Source of the DNA: Tubulanus polymorphus
Taxonomy: Eukaryota; Animalia; Nemertea
Direction of reading: 5' to 3'
Length of the DNA stretch: 64,000 nt
NCBI RefSeq assembly: GCF_964204645.1
Contig: NC_134036.1
Span: 682,001 to 746,000, forward strand
A program made the position numbers and the translations under genes. Under the pieces are notes generated by a model that ran no database searches, was not told where the DNA came from, and was given only the letters and a program-made list of their open reading frames with translations. Positions 37,901 to 49,085 of this stretch are shown piece after piece. The number at the start of each line of letters is the position of its first letter. Position 1 is the stretch's first letter.

Positions 37901-40897
37901 AAAACAATATCACTAGTCTGAAGTGGTAAGATTGGTTTTAAAATGTTCCCGGGGACAATTTTTCTTCCACATCTATGAAACCCAGCCCTGAAGTTTTTCA
38001 ACCTCATTTTATATCCATCTTCAGAAAATATTCAGTCAGGAATCAAGGCTCTTAAATCTAAAGACTTCTTGAATTTCTAGATTCACTACAGAACATAACG
38101 GGACTAGTCTGAAGTGGTTGGATTGGTTTTAGAAGCAAGATGAGCTTAAACTGGTTAAACTGAGTTAAGCAGAAAACAATATCACTAGTCTGAAGTGGTA
38201 AGATTGGTTTTAGAACCAAGATGAGCTTAAACTTAGTTAATTAGTAATTGCTCAACAGTTCTTGTTCAAATGACCTGTTCAAAAATACTTACGACATGTC
38301 GATTGTAACGCCATCTTTCAGCCACGTAATCGTCGGTTTGTGACCTTGACGATCGCGACCGTTCGCGCCGCAATACAACATTGCGTCGTTGCCGTCGAGA
38401 ACCGTTTGGTCTTTGGGTTTCATGATAAAAGTCGGAGTCACGCCTTGATACGTGGCTGCAAAAGAAATTAATTTAGTTTTGTCAGAATTCAGAGAAAAGT
38501 TTAGCGAATCTGTGAAATAAAACTGTTTTAGAAATTATATCTTGATTGATTTCGAAGGCAAGATTACATTAACCCTTAACTTATTTCTATCCTCAAGTGC
38601 TAGGTCCAGTTCTACGGTTATGAGTTAGAGTTAAGCATTCTCTAAGAGCTCTTGAGTTGAATTCAGTTCATTTCAATAAAATAACTCTTGAGTCAAATCT
38701 CAACTCAGAACTCTAGAACTGAGTCCGGGAGATTATTCAGAAATTTTGAAAAATTCCACCACAGTGCGGCGTATAACAGGAATACAGCTGTGGTGTGTAT
38801 ACTGCACTGCGATGCGGTGTACTAGCTTAATCTATAATTGATTTATATACCGCACTGCGGTGTAGACACACTGAAAGGGTCTATATTCATTTCAACTAGT
38901 TACTTATAACATCAATACACTACGATGCGGTGTACTAGCTAAATCTATAACTGATTTATACATCGCACTGCGGTGTAGACATGATGAAAGGGTCTTTATT
39001 CATTTCAACTAATTACTAACAACATCAATACACTACGATGCGATGTACTACCTAAGTCTGTCACTAATTCATACATCGCACTGCGGTGTAGATGCACTGA
39101 AAGGGTTGTTTTCGATGAGTTTTCTACTTACACGTATCAGGATTTTGAGTTAACTGCGCGACCTGACTCATCTTCGAGCGTTCCACGTTTTTCGCGCGAC
39201 ACTTATAAGCGCCGAGGTCCTGAAATTTTATGTCGCGAATTTCCAGAATTCCGTCTTTGTGGAAAACGTTATTGACGTTCATTTCGTCGGTGGTCGTTAA
39301 TTCCATTTCGTCTTTGAACCACGTGACGTTCGGTTTCGGGAGACCGTCCATCGTACACGGGAACATCACCGTGTCGCCGAGGTGGAGTTTATGATTCGGT
39401 GGTTGCTCGACGAAATCGCGACCAAAATCTTTTCGAAAAAAAAAAATTCAGAAAAATTTGATACGTTAATAAGATTTATCATTCATATCATAGGTAGATT
39501 TACAGTTTGTTTGCAGACAACTTGTAATTAAAAATCTTGTTATATATCTCTTATAAATCCCTCCATTTTTCAGATAGATACAACATTGGTCTTAGAATGA
39601 TTAACTTGTCCATTGAAGAACCATTGTTACTATCATTGTATCAATATTGTCAACATGTTGCAACAATAGGGAACTTAATACTTGATGTTCAATTGAAAAA
39701 TAGCCCTATTACAAACACTGATGAGATAGAGCGTAAAAATCTATATCAAACATCAACTGTCCAAACATTCTTTAAAAGAAGTTATGATAAGTAGATTAAC
39801 GTTGAGATAGCCATTCAAACTAATTGAAAATGCATTGTTTTAATACGGCTATCCGACTCATTCGCACTTGGAAAAACTTTTTACAAAGATCGCACGGACA
39901 ATTGTTTGATTCAGAGCAAAATTGCATCACATCTCATCAAGGAACCTGCTCACTGGAAAGTGCTGCCATCTAGTAATACAACGAGAAACTACAAATTGAA
40001 CAAAGTTTTCAAACTTTTCGACGCATCATCTGATATACTTACAAGCGATCTGTAATTTAGCCGAACGGCTGACGATCGAGCCCAAACCGGGCACGGTAGC
40101 CACACAGCGGTATATTCCCTCATCCGGGCGCTGTGTCCGCGTATGCACAACTCTTTCTATATACAGCGAACCATTCTCCAGTTTCGTCCTGAAAATTTTA
40201 CAAACATATTCTATAAGTAATAAAATAGTTGCTACAAGTTTGAAAGTATAACATCTAGATCACACAGAGCACAACCACTGGTGAAGCCAGCAATTTTTTT
40301 CACATTTCATAATGTGCTGATGCCCAGGACATGCAGTCTTATTAATGTGATAGATAAGCTATAGAACCCAAAACAGCTGGGGCTGATCTCAATTTGTTAG
40401 ATAGTTCTATAGAACCAAAATGAGCTTAGACTGGTCTTAAGTTGTTAGATTGGTTATAGAACCAAAATGAGCTTAGACTGGTCTTTAGTTGTTAGATTGG
40501 TTATAGAACCCAAAATGAGTTTAGACTGGTCTTTAGTTGTTAGATTGTTTATAGAACCCAAAATGAGTTTAGACTGGTCTGAAGTTGTTAGATTGGCTAT
40601 AGAACCAGCTTGATAGTTTTGACTGGTCGTAATTTTGGTAACATCTTAACATCATCAGGTATATTTCATGTATCACCTTTTCTCAGAAGCTACAGCAATG
40701 AGAAGTAATGTATATACGATACCTGCGCGAATCAGACTCGAAATTGATGAATTCTCCATCTCGTCTCCAGGCGATCGTCGGTGGACTCAAACTGCTGCTC
40801 TGTTGCGCGAAACAGTTCAACGTCGCCGGCTGATCTTTAACGGCTACGAGATCCTCGGGTTGAACGGTGAAAAAGAAATCCGAATACGGACTGGAAC
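17804..40897 (-). CDS. NEO1: Neogenin/DCC/frazzled netrin receptor, 5'-partial (signal-peptide exon missing), 25 coding exons, about 1415 aa
   Basis: All 25 exons join in frame (4250 nt) at GT-AG sites. Architecture 4 Ig + 6 FNIII + TM + P1 ([17 protein letters not shown]), P2 (HPLKSFTMP), P3 ([16 protein letters not shown]), ending EFEC. Likely co-orthologue of vertebrate DCC and NEO1. Confidence 0.96.
17984..18138 (-). CDS. NEO1: Neogenin penultimate coding exon
   Basis: [11 protein letters not shown]...EESDIP; TTGCAG / GTAATT. Confidence 0.85.
20245..20454 (-). CDS. NEO1: Neogenin exon: P2 region
   Basis: [15 protein letters not shown]; TTTCAG / GTACTA. Confidence 0.88.
21681..21755 (-). 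CDS. NEO1: Neogenin cytoplasmic exon (75 nt, possibly cassette)
   Basis: [24 protein letters not shown]; TTTTAG / GTGATT; open, phase 1-1. Confidence 0.65.
22218..22376 (-). CDS. NEO1: Neogenin cytoplasmic exon
   Basis: [10 protein letters not shown]...RPVYPRTQY; TTGTAG (tandem TAG 6 nt downstream) / GTACCG; phase 1-1. Confidence 0.82.
22596..22727 (-). CDS. NEO1: Neogenin cytoplasmic exon
   Basis: DPPRYEL...[14 protein letters not shown]; CCACAG / GTAAGT; phase 1-1. Confidence 0.85.
23190..23401 (-). CDS. NEO1: Neogenin exon: P1 motif
   Basis: [18 protein letters not shown]...IPRNSQD; TTCTAG / GTAAGT. Confidence 0.94.
23928..24063 (-). CDS. NEO1: Neogenin exon: transmembrane segment
   Basis: [25 protein letters not shown] followed by basic RNRRNR; TTACAG / GTAAGT. 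Confidence 0.92.
24187..24381 (-). CDS. NEO1: Neogenin exon: FN6 C-part
   Basis: GYLLFYT...[17 protein letters not shown]; TCTAG / GTAAAC. Confidence 0.95.
26396..26404 (-). CDS. Candidate 9-nt microexon in FN6 (adds E-V-P)
   Basis: CAACAG|AAGTACCAG|GTAGGC, phase 1-1, preceded by about 125 nt with no AG. No transcript evidence. Confidence 0.5.
26616..26896. mobile_element. piggyBac-type non-autonomous element
   Basis: TTAA on both sides (26612-26615, 26897-26900); 12-bp TIR CCCTTTCAGTGC / GCACTGAAAGGG. Confidence 0.8.
27026..27157. mobile_element. Palindromic MITE family C (GCTGCAGTTGCT...AGCAACTGCAGC)
   Basis: Long terminal inverted repeats; relatives near 23517-23643, 24562-24672, 29650-29778, 34554-34677, 34888-35008, 46261-46498. 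Confidence 0.7.
29401..29508 (-). CDS. NEO1: Neogenin exon: FN6 N-part
   Basis: [10 protein letters not shown]...[14 protein letters not shown]; TTTCAG / GTAACG. Confidence 0.93.
29859..30170 (-). CDS. NEO1: Neogenin exon: FN4-5 linker + FN5
   Basis: [15 protein letters not shown]...[18 protein letters not shown]; TTTCAG / GTGAGA. Confidence 0.95.
30257..30352 (-). CDS. NEO1: Neogenin exon: FN4 end
   Basis: [31 protein letters not shown]; TTTTAAG / GTAAGT. Confidence 0.92.
30637..30831 (-). CDS. NEO1: Neogenin exon: FN4 N-part
   Basis: [27 protein letters not shown]...[13 protein letters not shown]; TTACAG / GTAAGT. Confidence 0.95.
30867..31010. repeat. Five spaced copies of palindrome ATTGATATATCAAT
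   Basis: Cores at 30873, 30904, 30935, 30965, 30995; period 30-31 bp. Confidence 0.9.
31017..31127 (-). CDS. NEO1: Neogenin exon: FN3 end
   Basis: [25 protein letters not shown]; TTTCAG / GTATGT. Confidence 0.93.
31249..31520. repeat. 35-bp minisatellite, about 8 copies with alternating variants
   Basis: GATTCTAT(T/A)CTATGGGTCTTACATTATTGGATAGG. Confidence 0.92.
31593..31737 (-). CDS. NEO1: Neogenin exon: FN3 middle
   Basis: [27 protein letters not shown]; TTCTAG / GTAAGT. Confidence 0.93.
31817..31866 (-). CDS. NEO1: Neogenin exon: FN3 start (50 nt)
   Basis: [16 protein letters not shown]; TTTCAG / GTAAGT. Confidence 0.9.
31913..32586. mobile_element. Chain of about five adjacent MITEs (families B and D)
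   Basis: Successive CCAGTTCCACAG...AACTGTGGAACTG and GGCCAGTTGCATAGTCATGGC...CTGAGGAACC units; 32139-32423 is an inverted pair. Confidence 0.7.
32636..32923 (-). CDS. NEO1: Neogenin exon: FN2
   Basis: VPGPVNN...WEKPERPNG...[18 protein letters not shown]; AACAG / GTGAGT. Confidence 0.94.
33429..33574 (-). CDS. NEO1: Neogenin exon: FN1 C-half
   Basis: ERVMNTT...[18 protein letters not shown]; TTTAG / GTAAAT. Confidence 0.93.
33605..34005. mobile_element. Degenerate interspersed repeat, possibly Helentron-associated (HINE-like)
   Basis: Three internal copies of CCAAAATCAATAGGAT-like motif, CAAAGATGGC...GCCATCTTG imperfect palindrome, GGACAGACGGATGG motif. Family assignment is tentative. Confidence 0.35.
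34094..34319 (-). CDS. NEO1: Neogenin exon: Ig4-FN1 linker + FN1 N-half
   Basis: [25 protein letters not shown]; TATAG acceptor (alternative in-frame CAG 60 nt inside) / GTAAGT. Confidence 0.88.
36217..36492 (-). CDS. NEO1: Neogenin exon: Ig4
   Basis: [20 protein letters not shown]...[22 protein letters not shown]; TTTAG / GTATGT. Confidence 0.95.
36705..36817 (-). ncRNA. Hammerhead ribozyme core in a probable Penelope-like element terminal fragment
   Basis: Minus strand CTGATGA-T-GATCTC-tagggt-GAGATC-GAAA-CGTC followed by AATAAA; stem I looks truncated. Confidence 0.55.
36957..37154. mobile_element. MITE family B (37047-37154, CAG flanks) with two tandem copies of its left end
   Basis: TIR GATCCAGTTCCACAGTT / AACTGTGGAACTGGATC; about 45-bp end duplications upstream. 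Confidence 0.7.
37414..37556 (-). CDS. NEO1: Neogenin exon: Ig3 C-half
   Basis: [47 protein letters not shown]; TTTCAG / GTAAGT. Confidence 0.92.
38293..38455 (-). CDS. NEO1: Neogenin exon: Ig3 N-half
   Basis: [26 protein letters not shown]...ITWLKDG; TTGCAG / GTAAGT. Confidence 0.92.
38735..39106. mobile_element. Inverted fragment of the piggyBac-type element with its end repeated three times
   Basis: Three CGCACTGCGGTGTAGA...TGAAAGGGT units, reverse-complementary to the left end of 26616-26896. Confidence 0.65.
39132..39428 (-). CDS. NEO1: Neogenin exon: Ig2
   Basis: FVEQP...MFPC...WFKD...[11 protein letters not shown]; AAG acceptor after a poly-T tract / GTAAGT. Confidence 0.9.
40043..40188 (-). 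CDS. NEO1: Neogenin exon: Ig1 C-half
   Basis: [48 protein letters not shown]; TTTCAG / GTAAGT. Confidence 0.93.
40360..40630. repeat. About 43-bp tandem repeat derived from MITE family D interior
   Basis: TATAGAACCAAAATGAGCTTAGACTGGTCTTAAGTTGTTAGATTGG matches 32330-32390. Confidence 0.8.
40723..40897 (-). CDS. NEO1: Neogenin exon: Ig1 N-half
   Basis: FFFTVQPED...LNC...WRRDG; TTGCAG / GTATCG; phase 1 to 2. Confidence 0.9.
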
Positions 40898-43789
40898 CTG
40901 CAATCATACAAAATATAAACAATGTCATTAGTTCGAGTGTTGTTACTGGTCAATTCGGACCATGCTTTTTTGATCTTAAAATAGGGATTGTCCCTGTTAT
41001 TTATTTGGTTGGTAGATTTCGTTCGATTTTTTGATTTGGTGTCCCTTACAGACCCACCATACCTGTCGGGAGCGAAACAGGGGGTTCGATTTTGAAATCA
41101 GAAATCGAAGTACATATATAGTTGTGTGATCGGCGGTCGAGCTTACAGAACTTTTTTTTTTAAATCAAAGTACATAATTGGGGAATTCGGTTCTGGTCCA
41201 ATCATACAACCAGTCTGAACCGGCAAGCGACTGATTGGGGTCCATGCTTTTAGTAACAGGCCGTAAATGTGTAACCCACAACTTGGTGCCATAAAGCACC
41301 GTAATGGTGAATATTAAATCATTTTATAGAGCTGTCGCTGCGAATAGGGACCTTGTTCCAGAGTTCTGGGTTACGATGAACCCAAACTTAACTCATTTAT
41401 AACTCATACTCATATCCAAATATGGTCGACAGCTTAAGTGGAGGTATGAAACCAGTTGGAAATTGGTAATAGGTTTTTTCAATCCCTCACAACCGTGTAC
41501 CGCACTATGCAGACTTTAAGAACAAAATGGCGGCTGTTTCAACTGTAGGAAACTAGGGGGAAACATTGCCATAAAGCGATCAACGTAGAACTTAAGAACT
41601 CTGATGAAACACGATCAGTCAGAACTTGAGGAGTATCAGTTACGAATCGCCGACACGCACGAATCACGATTCCTACCGATTCATTAATGGGTTGTTAGCG
41701 ACGCTGGTTTCGAGAGTTAGAAACGATATAGTTGAGATAATTGGTCGAGATTGATGGAAATTGATGAACGAGAAATGAGAGAATCTCACTTGACAAATGA
41801 GAGCGAGAGAGAACGCGAGAGAGTGGACGACGACGAGATTAAGACTTGTTGCTTCGTTCTCCGCGAAATGTAATCAGTTCGAGTAATTACCCGCGTCCGG
41901 TCACCGTGGATACTAACAAACCGTCGTCGTTATTTGTCACGGGAGTAGAATGATTTGCGTTTGACAGCCGGCACGTAGAAAGTCATTTATCTCGCGCAGA
42001 ACTCCAAGATTCCGACAATGAATCCTAAAGCTGGCAATTTCTATGACGGACGGCGAGAGAGACCAATTTCATACTGATTACGATCGTTTTAGTTTATAGG
42101 AAACACGGCAATTTGTAAATAAACTTCCGATAAATTGTTACACCGTTCATTTCTGATATAATGACATGAAGACTTTCGGACTTAATGGCAAGGCTTGGGC
42201 AACGTTGGAATCCAGAAACACTGACAACCTTTTTTCAGTCAACATTTGGAAAGTTTGGTAAAACGGCAAATAGCGATTGAATTTTCGTTATTGTGAGCTA
42301 CAATTTAACGATTTTTTTTATTAGAGTTTTTGGCCTAGATATAAATCAAATCACGAAGATAGTCCATTGAATTTCTATAATCTTGCTCTATCAAAGTCGA
42401 ACCGCGTAGATTCAGCTAAAATGCTTGCATCAAATCATTAAAGAAGATGAAATAAGTTACACGTATTGAAACTACAAACAGACACTGAATTATTTTCAAC
42501 GATTGACTTCGAACTCTGAGTAAAATCTCTATTTATTACGCAGAATTAACTCCTCAGATCTCACGAAGCCGATTCGAGACGGATTTGAAACAACTTTCAT
42601 CCAGCAATTGAATCATTAATTATGACTCTTGTACAGAGTACCGATCGAGGAGTCGACTCCCCGACTCCTCGTAACGACGAGGAGTCGACTCAAGTCTTTA
42701 TTGTTTTCATTTCATTTCTTAAGCGGCACTTTCTGTGAGTCAGCCCAGACAGACTGGCGCCACGGTTACAGTTCTCAAGTGTGCATAGCATTGTTGACTT
42801 TCATTTATCAAACCCCAGATGTAGCAGCAGCAGCAGCAGCAGCGGCAGCGGCAGCAGCCAAGCGGTTTGATCTACTGTCTGAATTCAGATTCAGATTCTA
42901 AGTTCAGATCAATCTTTAAATCCTAATAGACTTCAGATTTTAAAATTCCAAACTACACAATACAGATTAAGGTTAGATCGAGATAAACTCTTGCAATTTT
43001 CACATTTTTGCATCCCTTCAATTGAAAAAATTCTTCTGGATTTTTCTTTTCGATAATATCATCAGTTACCGATCAAAATCTGGATGGATTATAATAGAAC
43101 TCAGATGAATAAGGGGACCTTAGAAAATATTGCAAATTTAGTTCGTCCTTGAGTCGGGTTTTACACAATAATTAAAAGTAAAGAATTCTAATCCGTAGTT
43201 TTTTCCTACACTTCATCGTCATCTGTGTTTGTGTGTACTCGTGTAAAAACTGAAATCCCTCGTGTGAGTCATATTTAATAGTTTTATAAAGAGGTTTTGG
43301 CGCCCGTCGTCTTGGCGTAGATCATCGTATCATTATAGTGTTAATAATTCACTTGAAAGGAAACAGCGTTTAATCAAAGACAGTGAATATATATGTGAAT
43401 ATACGACACTTTCTGTCAACGTAAGGACCCCCGGGTACTGGTCGAGTCCGGACCTACGCTTAGCGCTAAATGTGGCTGTGATTCACCGATAAAAAAACTG
43501 CTAGTAATTCGCACCATACAGAAAAAACAAGTACTTATTGAAACAGATCAGAGAGAGACTTTTAACCACAAAATTAGTCATAACGTTTTTGGTCGATAAG
43601 ATTTAATTTTACATATCTTTCTTCTGTTTCTGTGTCTGGTCTCCGGATGAAGGAAAACTTATCTCAAACCATATTAAGACCCCCCACCCCCTAGGGGTAC
43701 ACATCTGCAATAGTAGATTGGAGATCACAGGCCTGTTCTACAACAGTTTTAGATGAAGATTTGAATCTGTACAGTTCCACGTGGGTTTA

Positions 43790-44250
43790 ATTAGATTCTG
43801 GATCCAGTCACACAGCTGTGTGATGGGTTTAATCTAACTCTGAATCCAGTTCCACAGTTGTGTAGGTCTAATTTGACTTTGAACCCATTTCCACAGTTGT
43901 ATGGGTTTAATTTGACTCTGGATCCAGTTCCACAGTTGTATGGGTTTAATTTGACTCTGGATCCAGTTCCACAGTTGTGTCAGTTAAATCTAACTCTGAA
44001 TCCAGTTCCACAGTTGTGTAGGTCTAATTTGACTTTGAACCCATTTCCACAGTTATATGGGTTTAATTTGACTCTGGATCCAGTTCCACAGTTGTATGGG
44101 TTTAATTTGACTCTGGATCCAGTTCCACAGTTGTGTCAGTTTAGTCTTGACTCTGAACCCGGGTCCACAGTTGTGTGGGTCTAATCAGACTTTGCACCCA
44201 TTTCCACAGTTGTGTTAGTTTAATCTGACTCAGTTGTGTAGGTCTAATGT
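43790..44250. repeat. 39-bp minisatellite, about 11 copies (also 59885-60192)
   Basis: CCAGTTCCACAGTTGTATGGGTTTAATTTGACTCTGGAT; begins with the family B TIR. Confidence 0.9.
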
Positions 44251-46349
44251 GAGTTTGGATGAAGTTGCACAGATTTGAATTGATTCAGTGATTGATGTCA
44301 CAAGTGGATAATCATGGATTAAGGGTTCATTACATAAACTGCACGAAGCCAAAATCTTCATCTTAAATTCACAATTAAATACAATGAATTTATAACAGGA
44401 AATCTCATTCATCCCTTGATTGGACGGAGAAATTCGTGAACAGATGTCTCCGCGCGACCCCGCGTGAAGTCTACGTCGTCATCGGCGACCGTAGCCGACG
44501 GTAACAATAGAAATATTAACCGATGAATCATGCTGCAGGAATAATTAAAATCGACGAACTGACGATGAAGAGAGTCTTCCTCGTCGCCGTCCTCGTCGCC
44601 GTCCTCGTCGTCGTCCTCTCGCGTGAAATCTAAACGATCGCGGAGTATGTTTTATTGATGAGGACAAACAGCTGTGAATGAGAGTAGAGAGAGAGGGAGG
44701 GAGAGCGAAGTGTCGCCATAAAAAATCTGCTGCAGTCACAGTTAAATATTCTCTCAGGAAACAGGGGGATAGAGGAGAGAAGAGAGGGGAAGAAATAGAG
44801 AGTGGAGATAGAGAGTGGAGAGATAGAGAGTGGAGATAGAGAGTGGAGAGATAGAGAGTGGAGATAGAGGAAAGGTCAAGGAAGGACGAGCAATGAGAGA
44901 TGGGGAGGGGAGATGGAGAGAGAATAGGAGAGGTATTCTTGTAAGAGAAGGGGGATAGGAGAGGGACAGAGAATGAGGAAACAGAGAATTAGGAGAGCTT
45001 AAGAGGGGGGAGAGGTACAACGAGGAAATAGGGAGGAGAGATGATATGTAAGAGAAGGGGAGAAGGGGCAAATCGAGATGGGGAAGGAGGAGTGTGATGA
45101 GGAGAGATAGAGAGATGAGGAGAGGACAGGAGAGCGATATTCTTGTAAATAAAAAATCTCACAAATCAATAAAAATCTCGAGATATTGATAAAAGTTTTA
45201 TTTGAAATAATGATTTTCTTTGTGTTTGTTTTCGCTGCTCCAGGGCATTTCTCGTATCAACTCGAAAGTCATACGATGCAAATAAAAATCCCCCTCCGAT
45301 GATCAGTCATCCGTTTGAAGTCATCAATAATTGTTCAAATACCACACCGCAATATCATACACTCTATCGTCATTTTCAAATACGATTCCTGAGAATGAAT
45401 TTGAAGTACTTAAATCTATAGTATATCCATACAGATAAAAGTACCTCAATTTTATACTCTGGAATTGCGTTCGTTTCAGAAAAAAGCCCATAACTGCTAC
45501 AGAAATCATACCTAGGTTCAGATTGCTACAAATATTCATGATTCGTCCCAATTGTCCACTTTAGACCATCGTAAGGTAACAGTCCATGAAATTAGTACCT
45601 GTCTTTAATGCCTGTTTAATGATGATGGCACATCAATGACCAGTTTCTTAATGTGTTAATATGTAAGACCGGTTTACAGGACCAATACTGTGGCTTACAC
45701 TAGGCTTAGGTCTTGAACTGAATGAACTAATTGGAGACTAGTCTTATATTCAGACCTAAGACCAGGTCTAAGTAAGTAGAATCAGCAGCTGGTGAAGATG
45801 CTGCAGCTGATGAAGATGCTCTAACTGGTGAAGATGTTGCAGCTGCAGATGCGACAAGAAATCAAATGATGCTGATTTTACGATCCGATCGAAGACAGCA
45901 ACAAGTAGCCGGTTACCGCGGGATACTAATCAATTTACGGCGAGATTGAGAGCCGATCGTCGAGAGGAATAAATGTGTCTATTTAGTCGCTCGGTAACAC
46001 GATTACTGGAAACGAACTCGAGGTCCACACGACCTTCACAACTGATTATTAACCGATAATGAATACGGAGCTTTATTGATCGTTGTATCGAAACTTCCCA
46101 AACTCGTGATTTGAAAAGTAATGCGTTTACTCCGACTCAGGATTGGTTCGGTCGTAATGAAATCATTACATTACGATCCATAGTTACAAGTTTATATTCG
46201 TTTCAAGGTCGAAAACATTGAACGCAATTTAATTTCTTCATTAATTCAGTTCATCAGCAGTGGCTGCAGTTGCTGAAAAGTTGGTTGTAGTTAATCAGTT
46301 GATAGTTGACATTTAAAAGATCATTTTTACTATGGTATTTATCCACCAG

Positions 46350-46457
46350 GGTCTAGTTCCACAGTTCCGAGTTAAGATTTAACTCTGAGTTAACTCATTG
46401 AAAATGAACTAACTTTAACTCAGTGTTAACTCTAACTCACAACTCTGGAACTGGGTC
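46350..46457. mobile_element. MITE family B nested inside a family C MITE (46261-46498)
   Basis: CAG on both flanks (46347-46349, 46458-46460); removing the insert and one CAG restores the host spacing seen in the 29650 copy. Confidence 0.8.
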
Positions 46458-47912
46458 CAGTTATCTTTTGTTAACCAACTTTTGAGCAAATGCAGCTCCA
46501 GTGTTAGTCGAGTTCATCCATGAGAAAACTGTCAAACTGTACAATTTGATCCCAGTTTTAAAGACCAGGCTGTAGAAACGCAACCGATGTACTTACAATC
46601 TACAACTGCACAATTCGGTATTTTTTTCTTGTAAATTTCTATTTCTATACGTTGATTGATAGTGGGAGGACATAAACTAAACAATGACAATCAAATTCGC
46701 AACAACAGATTCAAATGTCGACGCTTCGCGAACCGATGTAACAACTGATGACATCGAATTACGTAAACAAGTAATTCTTTAATTTCTCTATATTAGTCAT
46801 TATAGGTTGATTGAAAGTCGAATGTAGGAGGATGAAAACTTGTCGCAGACACAACATCCAAATATTCTATTTCGTGATCAATTTCGAAATAAATTCATTG
46901 TTTGTGAAGGATCAGACAACATCTGAGTATAACGCAAGCATTGTGGGTGTAAAATCAATACCAGCATTCATATGTGATTATAACACGTGCATGTAGTTTA
47001 TTAGAAGTGTTAATATCTGATGTAAATTGATCCCTACTACTGCTGCTAATGGTAACTGATCAAATAATTCACTTCCACTCTCTTTCTATTTGTTGGTTTT
47101 TCTTTACAGAGCATTATTGGACCAAATCTGACAACTGGGGCTGGTGGATCCATAGCTGGTTCCACGAGATAAAGACAAACTTTGTTCTATAGCCAATCTA
47201 ACAACTAAACACAAGTCCTCGAGTTAAGACCAGTTTTGGGCTTAAGCCACGACTGTGCCACCAGCCCCAGCTGCCCACATCTTAGCTTCAACTTTGTCAT
47301 TATCAAACCCCTGGAAATTTGAAGCCAGAATTCATGTTGCGATGAAGGATTCTGATGAAATCATAGTTTACATTGACTTTATTCTATTCTATTAGTTCCA
47401 TACAGACTTTCTCATATTCAGCAAATGTCAACGATAATAGTTGCGAAATTTCATGGGCAAACGCAGGCAAAAATTTGATAGTTTACTTAGGCCTTATTCT
47501 ATTTCATAAGTTCTATAATTTTCCCCCAAATTTCTACCAAAATCTTCATCGATAGTACAAAAATCTCTTAATTCGGGCAAAAAGTTTGAGTGAGTAGCTG
47601 CAGCCACTGACGACCTCTCGTCCCTAGAGTGCAAAGCAATAAAGCAACAAGTGAAATTCAGACGAAGGATTCTGAATCAGTGAATCATGATATTCATCCA
47701 TCTACGGCCACTAGTTGATCTCCGCGGGGACTCATTACGCGTTAGATCCGACGTCTCAGATCCGCTGCAGCCACGATTTAATCCTAATTTCAGTCCGGCG
47801 ACCATGATTTATAGCTATCAATTCTGAATCGGACTGGAGTCTGGAGGTCGCGACCATGACTCACATCTCTCTAAGCTAAGATATACGCGCCATTCGCGAA
47901 TGATCTCGTTTC

Positions 47913-47927
47913 TAATAATAATAATAT

Positions 47928-47970
<43 letters not shown>

Positions 47971-47991
47971 TAATATAATAATAATAGTAAC

Positions 47992-48044
<53 letters not shown>

Positions 48045-48055
48045 TAACAATAATA
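47913..48055. repeat. (AAT)n microsatellite
   Basis: Direct inspection; (TA)n runs also at 17252-17296, 25927-25979, 51485-51562. Confidence 0.95.
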
Positions 48056-49085
48056 TATTTTCTTATATAGCGCACCCCTACATGGTAATCGGTGCGCTTT
48101 ACATTTCTACAGATTCATTTTTTTTCCAATACGATTCCCGAGTATAACAATGCGGTACTTATACCTGTAGTATTTCTATACAGTTTAAGTACTTTATCGT
48201 TATACTTAGAAATCGTATCGAAATAGAGAAATTAACGAAACAAATATATTTCACGGTAGACAAAACGTTTGATCAATTACTTTGACGTCTCAATCTTCCT
48301 CGCATCGACAGCTCAACCGTACATCTGTGCATTGTTACCGAGCAACCGCGCGTAAGAAATACGCGTTCACGTTTTGAGTCACCGTCGACTTCCTCACCGT
48401 CTGCGCGATCGTCTGCCGGTCGCCGACGGTTACGATGACTCGATCGCCGTCGTTGTTAACAATCGGTCGGCGTCGTCTAGGGAAAATCAGTCTGATATAA
48501 TCCTTTTGTTCTGTAAACATGAGATTCCTGTCTTTTTATGCCAATTCTTCCGCACTATTATTATTAACCCTTTCATAGCGGTTAACCCAATATCGACTGC
48601 GGTATAGAACATGATCCCGGGGTTAAAAAGTGGATAATTGATACAGCAGCAATTTAAACTACAGTCGTTAACATGGTTTTTATCTGATTGTTAATTTCAA
48701 ACAATTTTTGGACAACTGGCTCCAGGATTGTTAAGTTGAAACTTTTCATGTTGTGGGGCATCCATGTAAGATAGATGATTTATGCGACATTTTGAATATC
48801 ATATAGTCATATAGATTGAAAGATAATGGTTTATGCTGCCTAGATCTTTCAATACATGACCAGTGGCAATGGACATCACTTCCTCGTGAGCCAGTTCTAC
48901 AGTTCCATGGTCAGAATTCAACTCTATAATCTATGAGTTGCAAACAAACTCATTCCAACTAAAACTGAAAACTATGGCATCAGTCCAGTTGTTATCTAGT
49001 TCATTATCAGTACTTTTCAGTACATTTGGTTAATACTTGTAATGTGTATCACAGTCAAATATTATTACAACTTCTATATAGATAT

